Source: a virus. Taken from it: 64,000 bases of DNA. Location: positions 1 to 64,000 of the IMG/VR virus record IMGVR_UViG_3300032164_000006. One strand, given 5' to 3'. This document shows positions 1 through 8,880 of this stretch, in pieces. The position numbers and the translations under genes are program-made. Numbering within the stretch: position 1 is the stretch's first letter; every line of letters begins with the position of its first letter. The notes beneath the pieces are model-generated. The model was given only the letters and a program-made list of their open reading frames with translations. It was not told the DNA's origin and ran no database searches.

Positions 1-2
1 AG

Positions 3-359
3 GGTATTGGCGTGTCACGGGCTGATGCAATGGCTGAAGGCTTGCACCAATGGCGTCAAACCATCGACGCTCTACTGAAGCTAGGCATAGAGCCATTGCC
101 AGAGGTACCAGTTGTCGAAGTGCAGTCACCAATCACTGGAAAATCTTTCTGCATCACTGGAACACTATCAAAGGATAGACCTGTATTTGAAGCTGATATA
201 CGAGCGTTGGGTGGAATTGCGAAGAGTGGTGTGAGCAAGAAGCTAGACTACCTTATCATCGGAGATCTTCCTGGGAATACTAAGCTGACGAAAGCAGAAA
301 CACTTGGGATATCGATAATTACTGAAAGTGAATTCAACAAACTATTAGAAGGAGTGTAA
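3..359 (+). CDS. ligA: NAD-dependent DNA ligase, C-terminal part (HhH + BRCT); 5' end lies outside the window
   Basis: Frame is open from the window edge (GIGVSRADAM, HhH-like GIG), followed by a typical LigA BRCT: GKSFCITGTL..GGIAKSGVSKKLDYLIIGDLPGNTKLTKAETLGISIITESEF. Confidence 0.8.
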   Translation, partial: GIGVSRADAMAEGLHQWRQTIDALLKLGIEPLPEVPVVEVQSPITGKSFCITGTLSKDRPVFEADIRALGGIAKSGVSKKLDYLIIGDLPGNTKLTKAETLGISIITESEFNKLLEGV

Positions 360-360
360 G

Positions 361-1143
361 ATGGAATTAACTAGAGCCAACAAGATTGATTTGTTTGACC
401 AGTATGGTCGCAAGCTAGAAGGTCATTGTGCAATTGTGGACGACAATGACCACACCAGAATTTTCAGCGTTGCGTCTGACAGATACACCCTCATACAGCA
501 CGAGGAGGCGTGTGACAGTGTAACCAATGCTTTGGACGAAATGGGCTGTAAATTCAAGCAAATTAGGACGACAGACAGGGGACCAACCCTGTTTGCCGAG
601 TACGACTTGCCAACTGTTCGACACGACGTCGGTGGTGTTGGCGACATTATAAATCTCAGGATTGGGGTGTCCAACAGCTACGACTGCAGCTCTGGCCTCC
701 GTACCGAGATCTATGGTCACAGGCTAGTGTGCTCCAACGGAATGTTTGTCTCACACATCCTAAATAAATTCTACAGTCGGCATATCCATGGAATTGACCT
801 AGACTCAATTCGGGAAAATATTGTGACGGGAATTGCTGCATTTCGAAACGAATTCGCTGGAGTTATAGAGACCTACACCAAAGAGTACATGGACCAGCGT
901 GGAGCCTTGGTGTTCCTAGACAAGTGTATTGAGGATAAGGTGATAGCAAAAAAGTACCTTGAAAGCGTCAAGGTACTCGTTGAGGGGGATAGTGGTATCG
1001 AGAGAACACCTGTTCAGAACAAGTGGGGATTATATAACAGAATTACAGAAGTGTTGACACATCAAACAGATGATATTTTTTCGCAACGCAGAAATATCTA
1101 TAAGATGGAAAAATTGCTGTCTAATTACAGTATGGCAGCCTGA
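361..1143 (+). CDS. DUF932/DUF945-family phage protein
   Basis: Motifs SDRYTLIQH and NSYDCSS..RLVCSNG typical of the family; RBS GGAG upstream. Confidence 0.7.
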   Translation: MELTRANKIDLFDQYGRKLEGHCAIVDDNDHTRIFSVASDRYTLIQHEEACDSVTNALDEMGCKFKQIRTTDRGPTLFAEYDLPTVRHDVGGVGDIINLRIGVSNSYDCSSGLRTEIYGHRLVCSNGMFVSHILNKFYSRHIHGIDLDSIRENIVTGIAAFRNEFAGVIETYTKEYMDQRGALVFLDKCIEDKVIAKKYLESVKVLVEGDSGIERTPVQNKWGLYNRITEVLTHQTDDIFSQRRNIYKMEKLLSNYSMAA

Positions 1144-1159
1144 GTTAAGGGAGAAGATC

Positions 1160-1390
1160 ATGACAAAAATGAAAACTTTAAACTGGAATCAGGTAGAAGC
1201 AAAAGCAAAAAAAATGTCAGTTGTAGAACTGGAATACTCGGTAAAAGATTGCTGCGAAGCGAGGGACGCATCGCGCGGCTGGAATCCAGAAAACGAGAAC
1301 TATTATCAGGATGAGGCTAGTGTTTATTCGCGGGAGCTACGAAAAAGATTGGACAAATATCTAACATCGAAAAAAAAGTATTTTGAATAA
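1160..1390 (+). CDS. small hypothetical protein (76 aa)
   Basis: RBS AAGGGAG before ATG 1160 (MTKMKTLNWNQ...); the longer ORF-track start overlaps the previous gene. Confidence 0.6.
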   Translation: MTKMKTLNWNQVEAKAKKMSVVELEYSVKDCCEARDASRGWNPENENYYQDEASVYSRELRKRLDKYLTSKKKYFE

Positions 1391-1411
1391 GAAAGGGCAA
1401 CAAAATGAAGA

Positions 1412-1850
1412 CATTTTTAGAAGACAGTTAGGGTCTTTCCTCTAACTGTCCGCAAACCTCAGTTTCTCCGAAAGTAGAGTGAAGGACAAACTGAAGACAC
1501 TTAAGGTCTTTCCAACCACTGTCCGCAAAAGGTCCTTCATTCTGTCTTTCTAGTCAGTTAAGGTCTTTCCTCTAACTGTCCGCAAACCTCAGTTTCCTCT
1601 AAAGTAGAGTGAAGAACAAACTGAAGACAGTTAGGGTCTTTCCCTCAACTGTCCGCGAAAGGTCCTTCATTCTGTAGTTCTAGTCAGTTAGGGTCTTTCC
1701 AACCACTGTCCGCAAACCTCAGTTTCCTCTAAAGTGGAGTGAAGAACAAACTGAAGACACTTAGGGTCTTTTTCTCAACTGTCCGCAAACCTCAGTTTCT
1801 CCGAAAGTAGAGTGAAGAACAAACTGAAGACACTTAGGGTCTTTCACTCA
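1412..1850. repeat. structured repeat array 1: palindromic core G(A/T)CA(G/C)TTA(G/A)GGTCTTT-variable-ACTGTCCGCAAA with two linker types; units of 73/57/73/57/73/73 bp plus a partial 7th core
   Basis: Cores start at 1423, 1496, 1553, 1626, 1683, 1756, 1829; linker A ~CCTCAGTTTCTCCGAAAGTAGAGTGAAGAACAAACTGAA, linker B ~AGGTCCTTCATTCTGTAGTTCTA. Confidence 0.95.
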
Positions 1851-2174
1851 AGGGTATTCTACTCGTTTAGAATACCCTTTTTTTATGATTAATTCTGCAA
1901 TTGAAACTCCATCCACAATCACGTCCGCTAGTATTCTAAAATACTTGCACCGACCAGCGTTCATTAGATCAATCCTCTTCGCACGAGAGAGGATACCATG
2001 GACGTAGATTTGAGCATCTAGTGCCGACTTGGTCTTGTCTCGCATTTCGTCTGTGTCTATCCCACGCACCCTTACTGGTATGCGGAGGCCTAGTAGTGGG
2101 TGGACTTCAGTTATGTTAACAGTTATGGTATCACCATCATAATTCTTGACATATTCTACATTCTCAAATTCCAT
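1848..2174 (-). CDS. thermonuclease (staphylococcal nuclease / SNase-like)
   Basis: YDGDTITV..VRVRGIDTDE..KYFRILADV..LIIKKGY matches the SNase DGDT/GID/YGR-like signatures; the only confidently assigned minus-strand gene. Confidence 0.85.
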   Translation of the reverse strand: MEFENVEYVKNYDGDTITVNITEVHPLLGLRIPVRVRGIDTDEMRDKTKSALDAQIYVHGILSRAKRIDLMNAGRCKYFRILADVIVDGVSIAELIIKKGYSKRVEYP

Positions 2175-2276
2175 TTGAACCCCATTCTGTTATTTCTAGA
2201 AATAGTATTTAATATAATTAGAGTTGTTCATTGGATGCTCATATTGTATTTATATATTTATAATTCTGGAGATGCA

Positions 2277-2468
2277 ATGGGTGGAAAACAGAAGACAATA
2301 GCAACGACTTTCAATATGTCTGTGAAATTAAAAGAAAAAGCACAGATTTATATTGCGTCAACAAACCGAGCTTTCAAGGAGAAGGGTCTTGGGGATAAGA
2401 CCAATCTAGGTATCCTCATAAATAAACTTCTTGAGCAATTCTTAGAGGAACAGGGTACGAATGAGTGA
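2277..2468 (+). CDS. small putative DNA-binding protein (ribbon-helix-helix-like) directly upstream of terminase
   Basis: RBS GGAG before ATG 2277; TTFNMSVKLKEKAQ..NLGILINKLLEQFL has a strand-helix-helix pattern; overlaps the terminase start. Confidence 0.5.
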   Translation: MGGKQKTIATTFNMSVKLKEKAQIYIASTNRAFKEKGLGDKTNLGILINKLLEQFLEEQGTNE

Positions 2469-3867
2469 TAGTGTTCCAGATATTGCAGAAGCCTTAGAGG
2501 TTAGAACAAGGCTAGAGGACCAATACCAGCAAGCTACTCTTGCGTCTTACGACGTAATCAGGGCATCTGTTCTGAAGTATGGCCGTTTGGACTACCTAAT
2601 GGAACACGTACTAGGCTATACTGTCACACCGTGTCACCTGTCAATGCTCATCCATCAGTCATCCAACAACAAGACCTTAACGCTGGCTCCTAGGGGTATC
2701 GGTAAGTCTGTGTGTCTTACCATCATCCGAGCTATCTACGAGATACTTATCAATCCAAACATTCGTATCCTCATTGTCTCGAACACTCAGCTTCAGGCAG
2801 AGATTTTTTTGAGAGAGATCAAAGATCACCTTAAGAGCAATGAGAAGCTGACTTCTATCTTTGGAGAACAGGCTGGGGAGAAGTGGGATAGCAGGGAAAT
2901 TAACGTCAAAAACAGAACAACCTTTGCCAAAGAATCAACCATCAGTTGTTGTGGTGTTGGTGGTGCAATCATCGGGAGACACTATGATCTTATCATCGGT
3001 GATGACTTAGTTGACGAAGAGAACTCTAGGACTGAGATCCAGCGTGAAAAATTTAAGATATGGTACTACAAAGTATTAGACCCAACTCTCGAGCCAGATG
3101 GTCGTTTTTTCATCCACGGAACTAGATACAACCCGTCTGACCACTACGCTCACTTGATGAATATAGATGACGACTACAAGGCTAGGATTTACCCTGCTAT
3201 CAGCAAAGACGGGATCTCCATATGGCCTAGCAAGATGCCTATAGAGTGGCTTGAAAAGAAGCGAAAGGCTATGGGTACAGCCATATTCAACACCCAATAC
3301 CAGAACGACACAACCATGATGGTTGGAAAAATATTCAAGCACGAGTGGATCAAATACTACGACTCCCTTCCAGAAAAATTGTTCATAGTGCAGGGGATAG
3401 ACCTAGCAATTGCACAGAAAAACACGTCTGACTATTTTTGTATTGCGACAGTTGGGAAGGATGAATTTGGTAGAGTTTACTTGATAGACCTATATAAAGA
3501 GCGTCTAACTTTCTTGCAGCAAGCGATGAAGATAATAGAAAAAAACAGCCAGTTTCGACCTAGACGTGTGTTCATCGAAGCCAACGCATATCAAAGTGCT
3601 CAGTCTCAGTTGTTGCAAGTCATTTCTAACGTTCCCGTAAAGCCTGTGATAACATTGAAAGATAAGGTAACACGAGCGTGGACACTGTCTAGTAAGTTCG
3701 AAAACGGAAACGTGTTTTTTCCAAAGTGGGGTGTGCAAGAATTGACAGACAACCTAATTCTATTTCCAGATTGCGAACACGATGATGATTTTGATGCGTT
3801 AGAAATTGCCGTATCCAACTTATTTCGCAAGATAAAAAAAGACAGAAGAGAGTTTGGAGTTATCTAG
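2461..3867 (+). CDS. terL: terminase large subunit
   Basis: Walker A APRGIGKS, Walker B IIGDDL, nuclease residues GIDLA..DY..HDDDFDA; first gene of the head module. Confidence 0.93.
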   Translation: MSDSVPDIAEALEVRTRLEDQYQQATLASYDVIRASVLKYGRLDYLMEHVLGYTVTPCHLSMLIHQSSNNKTLTLAPRGIGKSVCLTIIRAIYEILINPNIRILIVSNTQLQAEIFLREIKDHLKSNEKLTSIFGEQAGEKWDSREINVKNRTTFAKESTISCCGVGGAIIGRHYDLIIGDDLVDEENSRTEIQREKFKIWYYKVLDPTLEPDGRFFIHGTRYNPSDHYAHLMNIDDDYKARIYPAISKDGISIWPSKMPIEWLEKKRKAMGTAIFNTQYQNDTTMMVGKIFKHEWIKYYDSLPEKLFIVQGIDLAIAQKNTSDYFCIATVGKDEFGRVYLIDLYKERLTFLQQAMKIIEKNSQFRPRRVFIEANAYQSAQSQLLQVISNVPVKPVITLKDKVTRAWTLSSKFENGNVFFPKWGVQELTDNLILFPDCEHDDDFDALEIAVSNLFRKIKKDRREFGVI

Positions 3868-3882
3868 TTTTGGTGATAAAAT
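3854..3882 (+). promoter_or_regulatory. putative sigma70-type promoter for portal
   Basis: TTGGAG-17 bp-TAAAAT with an extended -10 TG. Confidence 0.4.
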
Positions 3883-3907
3883 CTGCCCGTCAGAAAGGTG
3901 AAAATAT

Positions 3908-5569
3908 ATGCAAAGACAAGCTCAAGCTATTGAAATTAACAAGAGTCAAGACAAGGATAAAACCAATAAACGGGTTCTCCGATCCATAGTTGTGAAAGCT
4001 GTGGGGGAAGAAGAATCTAATGCTATCATGGAAGACCCTTTCGAGGGTATTGACGGAATCATACAGCCTCCTTATCCGCTATTAGTTCTCTCCATGTTGA
4101 AAGAAAACTCGACCGAGCTTCGTCAATGTATAGACGCTATGTCTACAAATATTGATAGCTTTGGGTACAGACTTGTTGAGAAAAATGTTGAGGGAGATGA
4201 GCTTAAAAAAGCTGTTGTTGCAGAAAAAAACACACTCAAGCAATTTCTAGAGAACGTCAATTTCGAGGATGATATTACATCACTTCGCAGGGAGACGAGA
4301 AACGAATTGGAAGAGTGCGGTAACGCCTATTGGGAACTCGTTCCTTATCTACATAAGGAAGGCATTAGTTCTATCGAAAGACTACATGCTCACACTATGA
4401 GATTAGTCGCACTAGACGAAGAATCTATTAAGGTGGAGTTGGTGTATTACAATGAATATACACAGGCGACAGAGAAGAAAGTAATACGAAAAAAATTCAG
4501 AAGATTTGTGCAGAGCGTAGGTACAAAGAAGGTGTATTTTAAAGAGTGGGGTGACCCACGAAACATATCATCATTTGATGGGAAGGTTATCCCTGACAGC
4601 GAGCTACTTTCAAAGAAAAATGAGCTAGCAAATCCAGTATATCATTTTAGAATAAAATCAAACCGAAGCGTGTATGGCGTTCCAAGATACGTAGGCAATC
4701 TGTTCTCAATATATGGTTCTAGGGCATCTGAAGAAATAAATTTCGTGACGTTCCAAAATAACAATATACCAAGCATGATTGTAATGGTTTCAAATGGCCA
4801 GCTAACGGATGGATCAATCAAACGGATAGAAGAGTTTGTTGAGACGAAGGTCAAGGGTGAAAATAACCGCTCTAGTTTTCTAATTATAGAGGCAGAGCCA
4901 GCAGACGAAACACAGATAAATCCAGGTACCATGAAGATGGAAATCAAGGATCTATCTAGCGTCCAAAAGGACGACCAGTTGTTTCAAAACTATGACAAGA
5001 ATAATTCAGATAAGATACGCAGAAGCTGGAGGCTTCCTCCAATCTTCGTAGGTAAATCTGATGACTATAATAGGTCTACGGCACAAGAGTCTAGAAAGTT
5101 AGCAGACGAGCAGGTATTCGCACCGGAAAGAAAAGAGTTCGACAGAATAATGAACCGCATTCTCATCAAGGAATTTGGAGTAAAATATCACACCTTCGTG
5201 TCAAATTCAGCTAACGTCACAAACGACGAAGACTTGGTCAAAGTATTATCTGGTTCAGAGAAAACTGGTGGAGTTACACCGAACCTAGCTAGGCAAATCC
5301 TTTCTGACATCCTTAACAGGGAACTCCCATTATACGACAAAGATAAGATTGATTTTGATCCAGACATTCCAATGTCTATGACTCTGGTTGGCCTATCCAA
5401 GACTGTTGGTGGCAATGCTGCGACAGGTGTTATCGCTCCAAACCAGAATCAATTTCCGCTTGAAAAAGAAGACGAAGATGTAGCGGAAGAGATTACGAAA
5501 CGTGCATTGACTGACATTAGAAAGGCTCTATACAAAGAGATCTATAGTGAAATAATGTACGAGGTTTGA
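3908..5569 (+). CDS. portal protein (PBSX/XkdE-like)
   Basis: GNAYWE, YGVPRY and RLPPIFVG..DYNRSTA motifs; position after terminase. Confidence 0.9.
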   Translation: MQRQAQAIEINKSQDKDKTNKRVLRSIVVKAVGEEESNAIMEDPFEGIDGIIQPPYPLLVLSMLKENSTELRQCIDAMSTNIDSFGYRLVEKNVEGDELKKAVVAEKNTLKQFLENVNFEDDITSLRRETRNELEECGNAYWELVPYLHKEGISSIERLHAHTMRLVALDEESIKVELVYYNEYTQATEKKVIRKKFRRFVQSVGTKKVYFKEWGDPRNISSFDGKVIPDSELLSKKNELANPVYHFRIKSNRSVYGVPRYVGNLFSIYGSRASEEINFVTFQNNNIPSMIVMVSNGQLTDGSIKRIEEFVETKVKGENNRSSFLIIEAEPADETQINPGTMKMEIKDLSSVQKDDQLFQNYDKNNSDKIRRSWRLPPIFVGKSDDYNRSTAQESRKLADEQVFAPERKEFDRIMNRILIKEFGVKYHTFVSNSANVTNDEDLVKVLSGSEKTGGVTPNLARQILSDILNRELPLYDKDKIDFDPDIPMSMTLVGLSKTVGGNAATGVIAPNQNQFPLEKEDEDVAEEITKRALTDIRKALYKEIYSEIMYEV

Positions 5570-5570
5570 G

Positions 5571-5756
5571 ATGGACAAGGAAGTAGAAGAGGAGCGTAGG
5601 AAAAGAAAGAATGCAGACGTCATTAGCAGAATGCGAAGTGGTGATCCGCTCGTCCTAATCCCTATTTCCGATACATGGTTTCCACCTAGACCTTTGGTTA
5701 CGAAAGATAGAGAGAGCATAAAAAAACTCTATGGTACAAAAGATGATGATGAATAA
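5571..5756 (+). CDS. small hypothetical protein
   Basis: Fills the gap between portal and head morphogenesis genes; GAGG upstream. Confidence 0.45.
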   Translation: MDKEVEEERRKRKNADVISRMRSGDPLVLIPISDTWFPPRPLVTKDRESIKKLYGTKDDDE

Positions 5757-6735
5757 GAAATTTGCAGTATTTAAAGCAACGTCGATAGCACTAGACAAGG
5801 CTCTAAAGAGTCCGACTAGCATCAACACTGTTGCCTCGTTTGGTCTATACCTGTTCACCGAGTGGGCGAAGCTGGCAAAGCCTCTTATAAAAGAAGCCGG
5901 ATCCAAGTCCACAACTAGCGATAAGTGGGTAGAGTCGTTCATAAAAGAAATAGACTCGAAAATGGGGGAGTACCAAGACAATATTGCCAAGAACCAAGAA
6001 GAGTACATCGACTATCTTTACAAGTATTACAAGAACGAGTTTATAAAGACCAACAAGATAAAGATTGTCCAGAAGGCAAAGCTTCCCGATGTCAGTCCGG
6101 TACTCTGGCTGGATAAGGACGACGAGGCTCTGGCAGGTATCAAGAAGATGATGTCTAGGTCTACTGGTCAGTTCTATAAGGGGAACGTACAGAGGACTGT
6201 TGCGGAGAGCGTCCGTAAGAACATCTTAGAGAGTAATGAACCCCTAGACGTTGCAATACCAAAGATGCAAGCGGACCTAGCAAAAGCCTTGAAAATAGAG
6301 GCTGGTTCACTGGCATCTGAGGTCGTACCAGTAGGGTACAGAGGGACAGCCGAGAGCTACTTCTCCGGTCTAGCCGACCATACGGCTTCCATGGCTAGGA
6401 CCTCTGGAGCCTTAACAACCCTCACCGAAATTGACGCAAAGCAATTTGTCATCCGTTCAATCAAGTCTAGCAGAACCTGCCTAGGGTGTCTGGCTATGGA
6501 CGGGCAGACCTATAGCGTCGAGGTTGGTACTAAGCACATGAGCGAGATACTAGCTGCAAATAATGTCGAAGATCTCAAGGACATACAACCTTTCTTCCAC
6601 TTCAAAGCACCTAGTGATTACACCAAAGAGGGGTTGAAGGAAGCCAAGGTCAGTGCCGACGAGCTTGCCAAACAGAGTGGAGTCCAGATCCCTCCGTTTC
6701 ATTTTCGTTGCGAATGTTTTGTAGACATGGCTTAA
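5731..6735 (+). CDS. head morphogenesis protein (SPP1 gp7/Mu gpF-like)
   Basis: RTCLGCLAMDG and C-terminal PPFHFRCEC motif; position after portal; true start may be a few codons downstream. Confidence 0.8.
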   Translation: MVQKMMMNKKFAVFKATSIALDKALKSPTSINTVASFGLYLFTEWAKLAKPLIKEAGSKSTTSDKWVESFIKEIDSKMGEYQDNIAKNQEEYIDYLYKYYKNEFIKTNKIKIVQKAKLPDVSPVLWLDKDDEALAGIKKMMSRSTGQFYKGNVQRTVAESVRKNILESNEPLDVAIPKMQADLAKALKIEAGSLASEVVPVGYRGTAESYFSGLADHTASMARTSGALTTLTEIDAKQFVIRSIKSSRTCLGCLAMDGQTYSVEVGTKHMSEILAANNVEDLKDIQPFFHFKAPSDYTKEGLKEAKVSADELAKQSGVQIPPFHFRCECFVDMA

Positions 6736-6750
6736 TAATATATTCTAGAC

Positions 6751-6779
6751 TTGAACTTATATTCATCTAAACTTATAAT
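6751..6779 (+). promoter_or_regulatory. sigma70-type promoter upstream of the protease/scaffold/capsid operon
   Basis: TTGAAC-17 bp-TATAAT in an AT-rich intergenic gap. Confidence 0.65.
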
Positions 6780-6816
6780 TATAACCATCCATGATATTTG
6801 AAAAAGGAGTCACGCA

Positions 6817-7122
6817 ATGTCAAGTGGATCTCATAAAAAAGTTGGTTCGTTTATTGGAACAGGAGCAGCATTAACTATCGCTCTTGATTTTACCCCACGT
6901 TATGTCCGTTTATTGAACTTGACTGATCTTGCTTCAGCCGAGAAATTTGCAGACTCAGATCTTACTGGGAAAGAGGGTGGAGTGAAGCGTATTCTTGCTG
7001 GCGACATGTCGGCTCTCACAGCCGTTCAGGGTATCACCCTAGGCAAGCGTAGTTTCACCGTAGGAACAGACGCTGTTTGTAACGGTACAGGCGACCACGT
7101 TTCTTACGTTTGCGAAGAGTAA
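6817..7122 (+). CDS. hypothetical virion protein (possible head decoration/cement)
   Basis: Strong RBS AAGGAG; Gly/Thr-rich beta-type composition; located in the head operon. Confidence 0.55.
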   Translation: MSSGSHKKVGSFIGTGAALTIALDFTPRYVRLLNLTDLASAEKFADSDLTGKEGGVKRILAGDMSALTAVQGITLGKRSFTVGTDAVCNGTGDHVSYVCEE

Positions 7123-7125
7123 TTC

Positions 7126-8013
7126 ATGCAGATCAAGATTCAGACAATTAGGTTTTCTAAAGATTACTTTTCTAGCTACGAGAAATGTGCAGCGTGGTTG
7201 GAAAAGTTTTCTGTGCAGAATCTTGGTTATGAAGAACTGGAAAAGTTCTTCGTCTTCGAGCAAGTATCGAAAGAGAAATTCAACGATGCCTCTTTGCAGG
7301 AGATTACTCTTGGAAGCGGTGTTTCAGGTGTGGTTGGTGTTGCAATCTGCTGTGAGAATACCCTAGAAAACATAGTAGATGCGGACACAATAGTACCAAC
7401 CGAAATTGGTGTACCATCTAGTGGTACATTAGAGACAGAAGAGGATATGAAAGCGAAAGTGCTTTCTACATTCACTTCTGCATTGGACGCTCTGAAAGAA
7501 TACTTTGCAGCTGAGAGCGAAGAAGAAGACGAAGATGAGGGTGAGGGTGGAGGCGGGGGTGAAGATACTATGGCAGAAAAAAACATAGTATCCACGTCTA
7601 TCATAAAGGATTCATCCGCAGAGCCTAGAATGAAATTTAGAGTTCCCATCATTAAAAAGACAGCTCAGCGTATTGTTTTTGGTGAGGTTCTTGTTCCAGA
7701 TACAGTAGACGCACAAGGTCATATCTACTCCGAACTGGAGGTAGAAAAAGCGGCTCACTACTGGATGAAGGAATTCCAACAACTCGGTGAGATGCACAGT
7801 AAGATGCTTGTCGACAAGCAGTCGACAGTTTTAGAAAGTTATGTAGCTCCAGTTGATTTCGAAGTCGATGGTGGAACTCTGGTAAAGAAGGGTACATGGC
7901 TCTTAAAACTCTATGTCGATAACGATGACCTGTGGGACAAAGTATCGAGTGGCGAATACACTGGCTTCTCAATTCAAGGTCTAGCGGACGCAGAAAATCT
8001 AACGGGAGAATAA
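7126..8013 (+). CDS. prohead protease, XkdF-like (S78-related) domain at C-terminus
   Basis: RIVFGEVLVPDTVDAQGH..EVEKAAH..GEMH..ESYVAP..KKGTWL..GEYTGFSIQG matches the XkdF-type domain. Confidence 0.8.
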   Translation: MQIKIQTIRFSKDYFSSYEKCAAWLEKFSVQNLGYEELEKFFVFEQVSKEKFNDASLQEITLGSGVSGVVGVAICCENTLENIVDADTIVPTEIGVPSSGTLETEEDMKAKVLSTFTSALDALKEYFAAESEEEDEDEGEGGGGGEDTMAEKNIVSTSIIKDSSAEPRMKFRVPIIKKTAQRIVFGEVLVPDTVDAQGHIYSELEVEKAAHYWMKEFQQLGEMHSKMLVDKQSTVLESYVAPVDFEVDGGTLVKKGTWLLKLYVDNDDLWDKVSSGEYTGFSIQGLADAENLTGE

Positions 8014-8017
8014 CACA

Positions 8018-8866
8018 ATGGCCGACGCATCGAAGAGATTGAGTAACATTAGACCTAGAGAAGTTTCGTTTGTAGATTTAGCCGCAAACGAGAAGGATTT
8101 TCTCGTGGTCAAAAATAAATTAGGTGCAAAAGATATTGGTGTCCTCAAGAAACTTGAGGTTGCAATTCATTCTATCAATTTCTGGAAATATGATTACCCA
8201 GATGTCCAATCTGTCAAAGATTTTTTAATCAAACAGGGAATTGATCCAGAGTCTGGAACAATTGTGGATAAGGACTACGAAATAAGGTTCGTCGTAAACG
8301 ACGCATCTTTGTTCGAAGGTACCTCACTAGCTGCATCAATGTATGTGCCAATGAACAAGGGTGTAGACTCTCTCATCGGAGTTGTGAAAAGCCTCAGTGG
8401 GATGGTTGACGTTGAGAAGAAGGGTGCAAAGCTTTCTTCCAAGTCGCTAGAGAAAATCAAGGGTGCATTCAATTCTTTAAAATCTTTACTAGAAGAAGTG
8501 GAGGACAAGGTAGTGGAAAAAACAGAAGTGAAAAAGTCTGAAGGGGAAGCTGTTGTTGAAACGACAGAAGCCGTAGTTGAGACTGTAGAAGAAAAAGTTG
8601 AACCAGTTGTTGAGCCAGTTGTTGAACCAGTTAAGACAGAAGCTACCGAAGCGGCTGTTGAGAAGGATAGCGAAGTCAGCAAAAGACTAGAAATCCTTGA
8701 GAAAAAATTCGACGACAAACTCAAAGAAAAAGACGAAGAGATTGCTGTTCTTAAAAGCAAACTAACTGAACTAGAGAACACACCATCTGAGAAGAAGGGT
8801 GCGTCTGTAGACGGAACAGTTGAAGTTAAGAAGAGTGTTGGAAACGTGTGGGGTGGTATCCTTTAA
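8018..8866 (+). CDS. capsid scaffold protein with an N-terminal protease-like EVSFVD..AN motif
   Basis: N-terminal RLSNIRPREVSFVDLAANEKDFLVVK, Glu/Val-rich linker, coiled coil, C-terminal KKS..WGGIL; immediately before capsid. Confidence 0.7.
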   Translation: MADASKRLSNIRPREVSFVDLAANEKDFLVVKNKLGAKDIGVLKKLEVAIHSINFWKYDYPDVQSVKDFLIKQGIDPESGTIVDKDYEIRFVVNDASLFEGTSLAASMYVPMNKGVDSLIGVVKSLSGMVDVEKKGAKLSSKSLEKIKGAFNSLKSLLEEVEDKVVEKTEVKKSEGEAVVETTEAVVETVEEKVEPVVEPVVEPVKTEATEAAVEKDSEVSKRLEILEKKFDDKLKEKDEEIAVLKSKLTELENTPSEKKGASVDGTVEVKKSVGNVWGGIL

Positions 8867-8880
8867 AACATTGGTATCTT

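Noticed and set aside
1491-1660. Hammerhead ribozyme (CTGAAGA matches CUGANGA, followed by a hairpin)
   Set aside because: The hairpin is followed by TCCGCAAA rather than an immediate GAAA (GAAA occurs only in unit 4 and is offset), and I found no stem I/III with a UH cleavage site.
1412-1850. CRISPR array (also 52002-52427)
   Set aside because: The sequences between cores are only two recurring linker types rather than unique spacers, the cores themselves vary, and no cas genes are present in the window.
2100-2276. N-terminal extension of ORF 2100-2468
   Set aside because: It overlaps the antisense nuclease gene and an AT-rich divergent promoter region; the RBS-supported start is ATG 2277.
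7227-8781. Long minus-strand ORFs (e.g. 7227-7652, 8275-8781, and similar ones throughout the window)
   Set aside because: They are antisense shadows of well-supported plus-strand genes, with low-complexity Ser/Thr/Pro-rich translations.
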